Source: Ramazzottius varieornatus
Taxonomy: Eukaryota; Animalia; Tardigrada
Length of the DNA stretch: 64,000 nt
NCBI GenBank assembly: GCA_001949185.1
Contig: BDGG01000006.1
Coordinates: forward strand, 974,827-1,038,826
Reading direction: 5' to 3'
The translations under genes were made by a program, and so were the position numbers. The notes beneath the pieces are model-generated. The model saw only the letters and a program-made list of their open reading frames with translations. It searched no databases and had not been told where the DNA came from. This document shows, piece after piece, positions 13,291-25,445 of the stretch (the stretch's first letter is position 1; every line of letters begins with the position of its first letter).

Positions 13291-14188
13291 GACTTGATCT
13301 GGAAAACACCAACTGAGGACGGTTCAATGCTGCGAAGAAGCAGGTGGACTTCAAGTGTCGCCACACTTACGCCGTCAGCATCAATCAATGGCCAAGCGAT
13401 TCTTCCAGGCACTCGAAAACGCTCTGTTATAATCCGACGACGTGGTCCGATTCGCTGACAACAATGGAGTAAACGATAGCTAATCTTCTCGTCGATAGAT
13501 TAATCCAGACATGCAATATAAAGGTGCATCAAGGGAAGAGATTATCGTTCCGGACGATGTCTGAAAGGGCTGTTAGAATTTTCTGACATTTCTCCCTTTC
13601 CAAAGTTTAGTGGAAGAGTGGGCCCCAGTGGAATGTGGGAAAGACACGTCGTGGGTGGAATGGGCCCAGTTAACTTCGGCACCCCATGGGTGAATTCCAC
13701 TACCATTCTGCCCCTGACGTCATACTGTGGGATGCGTCCAACAGACAGGACAAGTTTGCCGCTCGCTGCCATAGTTTATTGGCAAGCGAAAAATGGTAAC
13801 CAATCAAACATCTGCATTACTTCATTACATTATTACTCGTTTTTACGAACCGGGTGGATCCACACTCGAGAAAACGCAAACAATGTTCCAGAATTATCGG
13901 TGACAGCTGTAATCTTAGGGGCATTCGGCATTCCTAATGTCCTATCGTTTTCATCACGGAAAATAACCTCTCCCTTCTGATCACTTCGTGTTTTATGTTC
14001 TCTGAAGTCCACAGCAGATCCAAGGAGAGGTGACAGAGGTAAGCGATTGTTCGGAAACAAGGAGCGATCTGTAAAGAGAGAGACGACTGGTTACTGCACC
14101 GATCTATTTTCGATCTTTAGGCTGTGCAGTGTGACTTGAAAAACAGTTTCATCGGGACGTCTTCAACAGGGACAACTAACTTCCCAAG

Positions 14189-16595
14189 ATGTCCATGAAG
14201 CAGGTTCTCGTTTCTCTCAACCGTCAAGTGGCACGGGTGAAGCTGGTGAATGCTCTCCGCCAGCCACCAGGACGCATCTTCTGTCTGCCACCCCCAACAC
14301 AGATTGCCCAGGTCATCCAGTCGACAGTCCAGCCCGTTTCCTACTCTGCTGGCTCCTCATTCTTATCCAGCTTGAGGGATTTAACACGGAGGACACTCTT
14401 CCCGATCGCCGTTCCACGAATGCCTGGGTGGATGCATCGGGTGGCCAGGAGCTATGCCAGGCCTGTCGCTCCTCTCCTGGGCTTCATTGCTGCCTTTCTT
14501 CAAGAGAGTAAAACGGAAGAGTTTCGCACCAACGCTGCTTTTGTGGCTGTCCATGTAAGTTGCACAAGAGAAATTCAGGATGTAAGGAGAGGTACTCCTC
14601 GTCCTCTGAATTACCAGTAGGAAAAAATGACTGCACATTTTGATTGCTCAGTTTACGGTTAAAATGGTCCATGCGCATCAAGGCCGTGCCGCTATATGTG
14701 CGTGAGCACGGCCTTGATCAGCTGGAAGTGAGCGCATTCGTAACTGATTCGTTGTAAGCGAAACGTACCTGACTTCTCGTGTGTTTCAGGCAGAAGCTAA
14801 TGAGTTCTCCAAGAAGTCCATGGCGCACTTTTTGCCCAAGAGGGACTTCTCGGATCTTCTGAGTGTTTCCGAGTTGGAGTTCGGTCGACCATTGGGGAAA
14901 GGATGCAACGCTGCGGTATATGAAGCAAGAATGCGATCTTACTTCGAACCAGGTAAAACTAACATCTTTTCTGTCATACGGTTCGGGTGCCAGATCTCAT
15001 TTGTATAATATGGTTGTCTGACAGAGAAGCCATACGATCTGGCAGTGAAGGTCCTCTTCAACTACTCGAACAACGCCGATGCGGATGAAGTGGCGCAGTT
15101 CTTCGAGACGGAGCTGCTCCCTTCCCGCTTCCGTCACCTGAGCATTGTTGACGTCTTCAGATCGGTCGTCGACTTGATACCGGAGCTACCCCAAAGTTCG
15201 GAGCTCTTCCCCGGTGCTCTTCCACAGAAGTACAACAATGAAGGACTGGGGGCCAACCACACCATGTTCGTCCTCATGAACAAGTAAGCTGCCGATCATT
15301 TTGCAATTTTGCAGAAAAGGAGCCATTACATGTTCTTCTTTTCAGGTATTCCGGCACTCTTCGAGATCGACTACTGACACATGGTAGATGCGGATACCGA
15401 GAAGGCTTGACCATCTTCAGTCAGTTGCTGGAGGGAGTCGTCAAGCTCGGGAAAGAGAACGTCGCACATCGGGATATCAAAAGCGACAACATTCTCCTCG
15501 CAAATTCAGAAGGTTTGATAAATCTGTCCGAAAATTTAAAGAACTCTTTCGCGATACAATTCAATTCACAGATGGAGAAGTTCTTCGAGCTGTGGTATCG
15601 GACTTTGGCTGCTCTCTTAACTCACTTCGTCTCCACTACTTCTCGTCGCACATCTCGAAAGGAGGAAACCGCGCTTTAATGGCACCAGAGGTCTGCTTTG
15701 TTTTGCTCAGCTTTGTGTAATAGCGCGGCAGAAGAACTGGACAAGATTATTTTTTTTCTGAGTGGCGCACGGTTTCTCGGCGTGGTTGGTGGAACTCGGC
15801 GTGGTTGATGGAACTCGCCGTGGTTGACGTTCCAAGTGGCGTACGTTTTTTAGTCTTGTTGACTGGAAGCGTGCGCCACTTGAAAAAACGATCTTGCTGA
15901 GTTTGATGTTAACGAACAACCACATCAGAGGTAATAATCACTGAAACGTCTTCTTGCTCGTAGGTCGTCAACGCGAAACCTGGTATTCTGTCTTTCATCG
16001 ATTACGGTCGTTCGGATTTGTGGGCGGTAGGCACCATTGCCTACGAGATCTTTAAAGGCTTCAACCCGTTCTTCGAAGGAGTCTTCAAGCTGGACTCGGG
16101 CACCTACGACGATTCTCAACTGCTGGATATCACAGAAGGTCACGAGTTCCTGAACAGACTAGTTCGTCGTGTCCTTCGTCGCGACTACCGCCAGGTAAGT
16201 CTGTCTTAGAAGAGCTCAGTATACAAACTCGACCAGATGACTCTTTCAAGCGGCGGACATTTCCAGCCATATCAGCCAGACGTGTGCGCCACTTCGGTCA
16301 AGTTTTTTGTATATTCAGTGTTGATCTTCCTGGTTACATCGTTTTCACATTGTAGCGTCCAAGTCCGGCAGTGGCCGCGACAGCTTGCTACATGCTGCTG
16401 TGGGACTTCCCGTTAGGAGACAAAGAGCAAGTGCTGACATTGGAGATGATCCGATTATGGATCATGCAGTTGTGTGTAAAGCTCATCTGTGAATCGAGGG
16501 AGAATGCTGTGCAGCGAGCTCTGCTGGGCACCTTTCTCAGGCGATGTAATGTGGCTGACATCACGGAAGCTTGGCGAGTTCTTACCACTGTCTGA
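14189..16595 (+). CDS. PINK1: Serine/threonine kinase PINK1, mitochondrial, spliced
   Basis: Basic/hydroxylated N-terminal presequence and TM-like segment; GRPLGKGCNAAVYEA, LAVKVLFNY, HRDIKSDNILL, SDFGCSL, KGGNRALMAPEV, DLWAVGTIAYEI..NPF. Confidence 0.92.
15760..15881. repeat. N25 palindrome, 1.5 units with internal 19-bp tandem repeat (PINK1 intron)
   Basis: Left arms 15760, 15834; right arm 15871. Confidence 0.85.
16248..16294. repeat. N25 palindrome, 1 unit (PINK1 intron)
   Basis: Arms 16248 / 16284; spacer 25. Confidence 0.85.
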
Positions 16596-17271
16596 GGGTA
16601 CTGTCTTCAATGGAATGCTTTCGCGACGTTCAGTAATCTCTTTAGTTCTTTCATTGTACAGATTATTTCATTTTTACTTCTTGTTAACAATTTACAGTTT
16701 ATACAACAGTCGGTGGCTGATTTTGATGGATCCTGTGCAGACTGTGCAGAATGTGATAGTCTAAGTCGCTTAACGCTTGGGTCCGCTTTTCGATGGGTAG
16801 ATTATTGGAACGGAAATATGCAGTGGAGCGCCACGTACGAATGTCAATCATAAAGGGGAAAATAGGATTGATGGCTTATTTAGGAGGCTTAATCGTCTTT
16901 TTACGGATGTCTTCTTGTGCGAAGGATGGAAAAGCGCGCTACTGGTAAGGCAGCGATAGGAACTGTCCCACTACTTCCCGGGCTGATTGCCGGAAATAGA
17001 CGTGACACCGGAGGATTCGGTCTTCGGATTGCACTGAACGTACGAGTAATTGATAACTACCTAACAGAGATTCGCCCACAGCATTACTAAACCTGCTGAC
17101 AGGCGGATTTAGAATTTCGTTGAACGTCTCTATGAATGGGGTTCAACTTGTCAAATCAAGGAGATGCTTCATACAATGTGCTATAACGTGGAGTAATAAT
17201 CAAGCAAACGCTCTTGCCCTTACAATATTGTAAGGACAAGAAGATTCAAGCAGGAGGATATATCCGAGGAT

Positions 17272-18418
17272 TTAAAAGTTGCTCTTGGGAATGACTTCGT
17301 CGATCTTGCACTGCAGGGCCAAGGCATCCCTTGACCACTGGTCACATCCTGGATGAATGGGTGGCATCTGCATGTCCGCCCGACTGGCCATGATGTCATC
17401 CACCCTGTACTGTCCCCCGCGACGAGCTTCTCGAGCTTTGAAGAGCTCCGGATTCCACTGGCCATCTCTGTTCGCTGTCATCATCAACTGCGGAAGTCCT
17501 AGAAGCAGAAACAAAGCTAAGCTTAACGTCCGATTTTCTTTCCCAGGCTGAAATTGTTTCAAATACCCAAAGGCAAAGTGTCGCCTCTGTCGGTCTGCCA
17601 AAGGATGAAAGTCTTTCCGTACGTCATCAACAGGTCGCTCATCACTTTCCTCTCTACAGGAGCTGGAAGGCCAGGGGCGATGAAGCTTCCTGAAACAAGA
17701 AAACAAGAATTCTGAAATAATCGCTGATACTCAGCAAATGAACTGAACGAGATCGCTAGATCAAGTGGCGCACATTTTAACTGCTGTTGACTAACCGTGT
17801 GCGCCACCGCGGGTAACGATCACCTTCTCCATACTTGTCTTACCTGATTTGATGTCGTAAGCGTGGTTGTGCCATAGTTTCTGTTCTTCTGCATCCAAAG
17901 TCTGAAAGATTTTCTCCGTCACGACGTACTCGATGCCGATGAGGCGAGCTCCGGGGTCGGGAGAGTCGAAGACGGCGCACTGGTACACATCGTCGTTAAG
18001 AGAAGCGACGTAGTGATGAAGCTCAACTTGGCGCTTGGGATCGCCGTTGTAGAAGGCGAAACCGCAGAAGTGAACCTTGAACTGCTTCAGTGGGTCGAAA
18101 TTCTGGACAACCTGTGCGCCGAGCTCTTTGAAAGAGGTCTGAAAAGAGAGGAAGACGTCAGAGGAGAAATGCCGGTGGGAAATTCGCTTCCGCACTGGCA
18201 TCACTGCTTTGGCGCTCCGAATGCAACATGTTGGCTTCCATTCGTTGCAGTGGTCAAGTCCGTCCTGTTCCTTTGGAACACACTGCACCAAATAGCCCGT
18301 GGACAAAGATGTGACATCATCCCCCTGTTCGGTTGATTAGTCGCGTCCTTACCGTCCACGATTTTGTCTCTCCTGGCGTGTCTTTCACCGAGCTTCCTCC
18401 AGGTAACGTTACGTCCAT
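17272..18418 (-). CDS. DUF1264 / oil-body-associated protein (OBAP)-like, 4 coding exons
   Basis: PGETKS; Q.FDPLKQFKVHFCGFAFYNGDPKRQVELHHY; QCAVFDSPDPGARLIGIEYVVTEKIFQTL..EQKLWHNHAYDIKSG; APGLP; TYGKTF.LWQTDRGDTLPLG.PQLMM, which I recognise as the OBAP/DUF1264 pattern. Confidence 0.85.
17763..17809. repeat. N25 palindrome, 1 unit (OBAP-like gene intron)
   Basis: Arms 17763 / 17799; spacer 25. Confidence 0.87.
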
Positions 18419-18959
18419 GCTTGCCGGATCTAGAAGGAAATTCCAGTAGGTAAGCAGAAGCTTCGATGTTGAACCGGCAGTAAAATGCGATTATGCGGTT
18501 GTAAATACAGCGCTCGCATGCGAGATCAAACCTGAGCTATTGACGCGAAAGACGAACAGTAGAGCAGCAGCAGTAGTAGGACAGAAATCTATCCAACCAA
18601 CTGAGACTGTTTCCGTTCTCGCTCATCGAAGGAAGTTTGCCTCGGGACAAAGCAAAAGGAAAGTTCCCAGAAGTAGCACAAAAGTTGCTTGCCTCATGTT
18701 GGCAATAAAGTCGCACTTGGCCTGCTGAAGCAGCGCAATATATGGTACACCGAACGGTTCAAAACGTCACCTGGAACGGGGGCGTTGGTTGATTTGGCGC
18801 ACACTAGCCACCTTGATTAGTTCCAGCTGAAGGATTTGTCTTGGTTTCTGACTTTTCGAATTTTCTGCTTCGCCAGTCTTCGGACTTTTCGGTCTTTTTC
18901 GATCGTCTTCGCTGAAGGTATCTTGTACCGCGAAGTCTACGGGACAGCAATGAACGACG

Positions 18960-21900
18960 ATGGTTCTTCAAACTATGTGGGCGACGTTGCGTCATTTGCT
19001 TCGCTTCCGGAAAATATGGGCCATTTTCGCCGTGTGGACGGTTCTGACGATTGGGGTTATTTACCGATTTGACACCGTAAGTAATTTTCGTCAGCCCTTC
19101 GTGCAAATACCCCCGAAGGCAGCGAAGTTACCTATTCGATTTAACGTAGGAATTTACGGACGGTAAGAGCGTTGCTTATTCTTCGCCATGCAATATCACC
19201 TCACCGGAAGTGCTATCCGCCATCAACCGATCCCAGACGACAGCGTGCAAGAACGAGATTTCTGCATTCGGCTGCTTACTTCAACAAGATGCGGTATTCC
19301 CCAAAGTACTACCGAACTCTTGTCCTGCAAGTTCCGAAGAAGGAGGTACGAGGAAAAACCAGAAAAGTTTTTTCCATTACTTTGATATTGGTTTCTTATG
19401 GCGAGCCGTACAGCTCAGTTTTCTAACCTTCTGATGTGGCAGGCCATACGGCCAAACAGCCGATGCTGATCGTCCGCCTCTTTCTTAGACTCATTTAGAT
19501 CTCCAGGCCTTCGCAAACCTTCCGAACCGGTCAGGATCCTCTTCGCTCTCACGGTCCATGGAAGGGATAGTCGACAAGTTGAGTGGCTGTTCGGCTTGAT
19601 CCATCGTCCGGAACACTTTTACTTGATACACGTTGACAAGGTTAGTCTCTCCATTCCACTTGAATTTCCGCCGATTAATTTTCAGAAAGTATTCTAATTA
19701 TTTCAGCGAAGTACCTTCTTGTTTCACGACCTGCTTTCCTTGGAAAAGAAGTATGACAACGTGTTGCTGATGCGAGAGCGTCGTTCGCCGATATGGGGAG
19801 GCGCCAGCTTGCTCACTGTCCTGCTAGACGCCATAAAGTTCGGCATCGACAGGTGGGCGGCGTGGGACTACTTCATCAACCTGAGCGAGTCAGACCTTCC
19901 CATAAAGTACCTGCTAACTTACTAGTAACGTAAACGAGCTGGCATTTATGGATTCGGATAATGATTGTGGTTTCACAGAAGTGTCGAAGAGCTCGTCGAT
20001 TTCCTCGGCGGAAACTACGGTCGGAACTTTGCCAAGTCCCACGGACAGTCTGTCCAGCAGTAAGTGTTCTCCGTAAATATTTGTGAAGAAAAACCAACTA
20101 AAAATGTTATGAAGGCAGATACCTGATTTTTGTCTAATAGTTTTTAGACATGAACGCTCGACAAGCAAACTTGACAATATTGTTTTTCCAAGTGGCGCAC
20201 GCTTTCAGTGCTATTGGCTGAGAGCGTGCGCCACCTGGAGAGACGATCTTGTCGAATCTGTTTGTCGAGCTCCCGTATTATCTCTGTTCTTTCCCTCATG
20301 TTGATTTTGAAAGGATGTAGGTTCATCAAAAGGCAAGGGTTGGACAGGACCTTTTACGAGTGCGAGAATCGCATGTGGCTGGTGGACCGCAAGCGAAAGA
20401 TTCCACAAGGTATCGAGATGGATGGCGGAAGTGACTGGGTGGCACTGCATCGTAGTTTCTGCTCGTACTTGGTCAGCGAACCTAAGGGGAAGCTCCTCCA
20501 AGGGCTGCTTGTCTTCTACAACCACACGCTACTTCCAGCCGAAGTATGACAAATTTCTAACATGCTCCTGCCACGTGTAACGGATTACAAATAATCGAAT
20601 GTTGACAGAGTTTCTTCCATACCGTCCTTCACAACTCAGTGTTCTGCCACACTTTTACTAATAACAACCTGCGTCTAACGAACTGGAACCGGAAGAAGGG
20701 CTGCTACTGCCAGTATCGACATATCGTCGACTGGTGTGGCTGCTCACCCAACGCTTTCCGCATGGCGAATCTCAAGAGATTCGAGGTATGCTGTAGGTCT
20801 TAAATACTCGACAATATAAAAATGAAAAAAGATTTTCGGAGCTCGGCAAGGAAAGACGGGAAAGCTTTTTGTCAAGTGGCGGACGCTCTCACGCAAAAGC
20901 ACCGAAACCGTGCGCCACTTGGGAAAATAGCAAGTTCCTTTTTCCAAATGGCGTACACTTTCTGCCACCAGCACTGGTAACGGGCGCCACTTTCGGAAAA
21001 AAATCTTGTCGAGCTTGTTCGCCGCGTTTCTTTTTATGTAAAATTGTATTGACGTAAATGCTACGGGACAAGTGCCAGTGTTCGACAGGGGAAAACTTTG
21101 ACCCAATGTTTCTGTTTTACAGACTGCTGCTCACAAAAGGTCGCTCTTCTTCGCCCGGAAGTTCGATCCTTTCGTGGACCTGGAAATCATGAACTACGTG
21201 GTCCGTATATCACAGACTACCTCTTCTCTCAATCAGCCAACCATCGGAGACTTTTCAGACATCTATAAGTCCATGGTGGGTCGTAGCACTCACATTTTGA
21301 ACTTGTACGCTTCCACAGAGAAACACTTTCCCACGCAAGAAGCCGAGACACTTTCCAAATCACTCCAACGAATCTCATACCGTATACTCAAAACTCACTC
21401 CACCCTCAACAGTTGGAAGATATCGAAACTATTGTTTGTCCATGCGACAGCAGACACACGAGGCAGAATCGAACTGTTGGTCGCTCAGCAGATTGTCAAG
21501 AACGGCCGGAAGAAAGTCATCGAAGCTCGCTTTCACATCGTCGATCATTTTGAAGTCCGAGAAGTTAAAACTTTGGCGAAGAATGTGACAAGTAGGTTGA
21601 GAGGGTTCAGAGTGTCTTCTGATTTTGATCAAAAGGAGGATATCTTTCGGAACTATCACGGTGCGCTGGGTGTGCAGTCGGACCTGGTAGGAAGGTTCGA
21701 CGTGGTTGAAGGGGAAGAAAGGCTGTTGTCGGTCGTGTGGATAGATCCCGCTGACATCGTGGCTGGTTCATTCGAAGTAAGTTTCAGTACACAAGTGAAT
21801 TTACCAAACTGTAGAATATTACAAAAACGGGGTCTTTCAAAAATCGGGAGCTCGGCAAACAAACTCGACAGTGCTGTCTCCCAAGCGACGCACGTTTCCA

Positions 21901-22646
21901 CTGTTATTGGCTGGGAGCGTGCGCCGCTTGGGAAAGACATCTTGTCGAGTTCTAAGTGACGCGCAAGATCAGTGTTATGGGCACTGTGCGCTACTTGGTA
22001 GGACAAACTGATCGATTTGTCTTGCCTGAATTCTCTTGTTTTTCCAAGTTTCAGCATTGTTGTGTTGGGAAGTCGCCAGAACTTTTCTTGAAATATTTTT
22101 CAAATTGTCTTTCCTAGAAAAAGTACGAACTTCCAAGACCAGGAATTTTTGGACTGCAAAATTGTGTTACAAGTTTTTGCAGAAATTTACGTTTGTTCTT
22201 TTTAACAGTTGAACTTGACAGAAAAAGCAGAGGTTCTCTTCCAACCACCAGTTTTTCAAAAGCCACTTCGACCTGGCGAATGGACTGGTCTGATAACTGC
22301 AGACTGGCAAGTAATTGTTCAAACGAAGTTCCTGGTCCTACCTTCGCCCACCCCGACAGACAACCAGGGACCTGAGGGTAACGCTTACATCGACTTCAAC
22401 TTCACTTCCGTCTCGAAGATCCTCTCGCTTCGTCCGCAAGACAAAATGGTAGCTATTGAAGGAAACGTACGGAAGAGTGGAGGAGAACTGGAACGATGGA
22501 TAGACGAGTTAGTGGGAGGGTTTTACGCGATGAAGGAAGACGACTCACTGTGCGAGGTGCAGAGACTTTCTTGCGTGGAAGAAATGTCGCAGCTCAGTTT
22601 CTGCGAAAATACATTTTGGAGTTCCTACTATGATGCCAATTTTTGA
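18960..22646 (+). CDS. XYLT: Peptide O-xylosyltransferase (XYLT/oxt/sqv-6), spliced
   Basis: N-terminal TM anchor; [103 protein letters not shown]. Confidence 0.93.
20190..20236. repeat. N25 palindrome, 1 near-consensus unit (XYLT intron)
   Basis: Arms 20190 / 20226; spacer GCTTTCAGTGCTATTGGCTGAGAGC; outer flanks ~20155-20276. Confidence 0.92.
20874..20992. repeat. N25 palindrome, 2 units, 72-bp period (XYLT intron)
   Basis: Left arms 20874, 20946. Confidence 0.9.
21883..21996. repeat. N25 palindrome, 2 units (XYLT intron)
   Basis: Left arms 21883, 21954; spacers 25, 21. Confidence 0.88.
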
Positions 22647-22957
22647 ACAATCCTCTCTGTGGTGACTGTGAGCAACTTTCTGTTTAATTGGTTTTAGATT
22701 CCTGCATGACGAAACTGTGATAAGTTTTCTTGATTCCATAAGCTTTATCTTCAGCAATACGTTTTTCAACTGCTCTCTTGTTGTTGTGGTTTTTAATGGT
22801 ATTTTCTTATTTGCATTATAAGATTTTTACGTTTTTACTGTCTCATCGGAGTTGTCTGAATTAGTTGTAGTTTGGCAAGGAAAAGAAGAAACTGGTACTG
22901 TGAATAGCAACAAACAAATTCCGAAGGCTCTTGTCGAGGAAGAAGCATTGCTTGAGC

Positions 22958-24673
22958 TCAAGCAAAGACTTTCTTGGCGACCTGCGCGTACCACAATCCA
23001 GTGAAACTCGTGAGAACCCACTGGAGACGCCAAGTCAATCTGGCCGTCAGACCGAGCGGCAAGAATCCGATGGTCTCTATGGGTTCGACGTTGTACTTTT
23101 TCAGCTCACGATGCAGCTCTTGGGGTCTAATAAACTTGTAAAGATGGCGGAAGTTGAATGGAACGACCGCGGCGACATGCTCCAGCCAGATGATGGTGAA
23201 GAGCAGCGAAAATAACGTCCGGTTATTCGTCGTGATCACCACAGCGCCACCTATATTAATCGAAACTTATGTCATGACGTCACTGCGGACACGACCCTTC
23301 CCGTGGTCCGTGAGTTTAACCGCAGGCCGCCAAATGAAATGTACAAAACCGTTATTCATCCGAACTGGCGCACGCTTCTAGCCGAAAACAACGACAGTCT
23401 GCGTCGCGTGGGATGACGATCTGAAGTGGCGCACGTGACCAGCCAGCAATATAGAAGACCTGCGCCACTTGAGATAGGGAGCTTGTACGCTGCGTTTGCC
23501 GGCTTCCTATATTCTGCAGTATGCTAACCTTCTCTAACGAGCTTCAAGATGTGAGGAATCAAGCTCATGGAATCGGTGACATTCCCAATCAGCTCAGAGC
23601 ACACTACAATGTCAAATTTCCCTTCATGACGTTGACTAAACTCCTGCACCAGCGCTTGATGGTACTCTGGTCCGTTCACTTTCAGGCCTCGTGTCTCAGT
23701 CCAGTGCTGCTTCGCGGCCAGCAATGTGACCTCATTGGCGTCGATGGCTACCACTTCGGCGCCAGCATCGACCAAAGCCTCCGTCAGGTATCCTCCTCCG
23801 CATCCGACATCACAGATGCGTGCGCCAAGTAAGGGAGTGGCTTCCTTCGGTACCGATGGGTCGAACTGTCGGCCTTGGACGTCCCTAATGTAGGTTTGAA
23901 CGATGATGGGCATGCGGACCTTGTTCATCCGGCTCATGACTTGCAGGCAACTGGTCGGTCCCCACCAGAGATCGAGAGCGTCATAGAGGTCTTTGAGCTT
24001 GTCCGGCGAGACGGCTGTCGTGTCGACCTGGCCATCGTGGCCGTTTGAGGAAGGCAGAGTGGATGGGGAGCGACCGTTGGTGGCCTTGTTGGCTGGATGA
24101 ATCGTGCGGGTTTTCTTGTCTCGCGGTGTCCAAATGTAGCACCAGAATAACTCGAGGAAGATTCGCAGCGGGATGAGAGCTAGAAGGAGCAGTCTCCACA
24201 CTAAACCCTGCAAGTACGGTATACAGTGCGCGTATTGCGCTTGACACAAAGCCGAGACAGTCTCATGTGACCAGTTCTTCCAGCAATGTTCTTGCTTCGG
24301 AAAACTGTAACATCTCAATAAGTACAACAGTCCTTCTGAAAACCTTAATGGCTAAGTCCTAGACCTTGCTAATGAGTACATAATCATGGATATAAAGACT
24401 CAAAAGAGTTTAGCTCACTACCCAGCATCATTTGATCAACTAACTCTGACATGTTATGTCGGAGTGAATTTCAGTGTTGTCTCTTATTTACGGAGCGAAA
24501 GTCACATATTTCTGCGATCGTTCACATGGAACTTTGATTTTTAAAGTTTGAGAGCTTCTTTATGAGTGTTCCAGAATAGGAAGCGGTCTTAATTACAAAC
24601 GAACGAACGAAATGAATGTATGAAATAAAAAGGTCAGAGTTAGGGAGCGAGTTTTGACAGTGCCACTTACCAT
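22958..24673 (-). CDS. COQ3/UbiG-like SAM-dependent O-methyltransferase paralogue A (divergent)
   Basis: ATG micro-exon 24673-24671, exons ~24207-23529 and 23250-22958; WWGPTS..MNKVR, ICDVGCGGGYLTEAL, FDIVVCSELIGNV, GGAVVITTNNRT, KFIRPQEL. Confidence 0.8.
23363..23470. repeat. N25 palindrome, 2 units (COQ3-like A intron)
   Basis: Left arms 23363, 23424; spacers 25, 25. Confidence 0.85.
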
Positions 24674-25445
24674 CTTTCCCAGTCGGGGATCGAAGACCTG
24701 TGGAATCCCTAGTCCACCTCTGATCTGCCGACGAAGGCGCTGAGGAGAAAGGTTCGCCAGCTGTAAAACAGAATATAGACGACAAAGACAAAAATGTTCA
24801 GGGTCGGGAAAGCTAGGGCATTGCGGCCCTCACAAACTTTGCATATCTTGTTCAAACTTCAAGGTTGGAAGTCTCTTATGGGCACGTACGTTCTAATTTG
24901 TAAGCACCGCTTTCCGCCGTGGTAAAGCTCGTTAGCACTTGCACATCGATGGCATAACACCTATTTCGATCTCGGCGTCGATCGAAACTTCAAAAGTCTT
25001 ACATGAAGTTTGAGATATCATCACCTCAGATCCACGTTTCGACGGAAAATTCAAAAGTCCAAAGGATTGTCGGCGAAGCAAAGTCTAGCCGATTGTCATC
25101 GCTTTTACCGAAGAGCTCTTCATGAAAAATTGACGTAATGCTACTTCATCGACTATCCCGGTCTGCTTTTCTGTGGTTCGCTTTGCTTTATAACAAAAAC
25201 AAGAAGTGCGGGCATAGTACAGGCATAGTACCGGTACCACAAGAAGTTGGACGAGTGAAAAGGGAGGCGGAGTCAGCAGCAAGAATTAAAAAATGGTAAA
25301 AAAGCTAGATGAGGAAAGAGGCCGACTAAAAGTGAACAGACTACATTCTTGTGCGAATATTTAATTTTCGAGAGGAAAACAAATGCCGGAATCGGGACAC
25401 AACGACTGGACAGTGGAGTGTCATTAATCAGGATCTAACTTGCAT

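Noticed and set aside
13542-13980. Small ORFs between divergent GMPS and PINK1
   Set aside because: No recognisable motif; the region is more simply a shared promoter/UTR interval.
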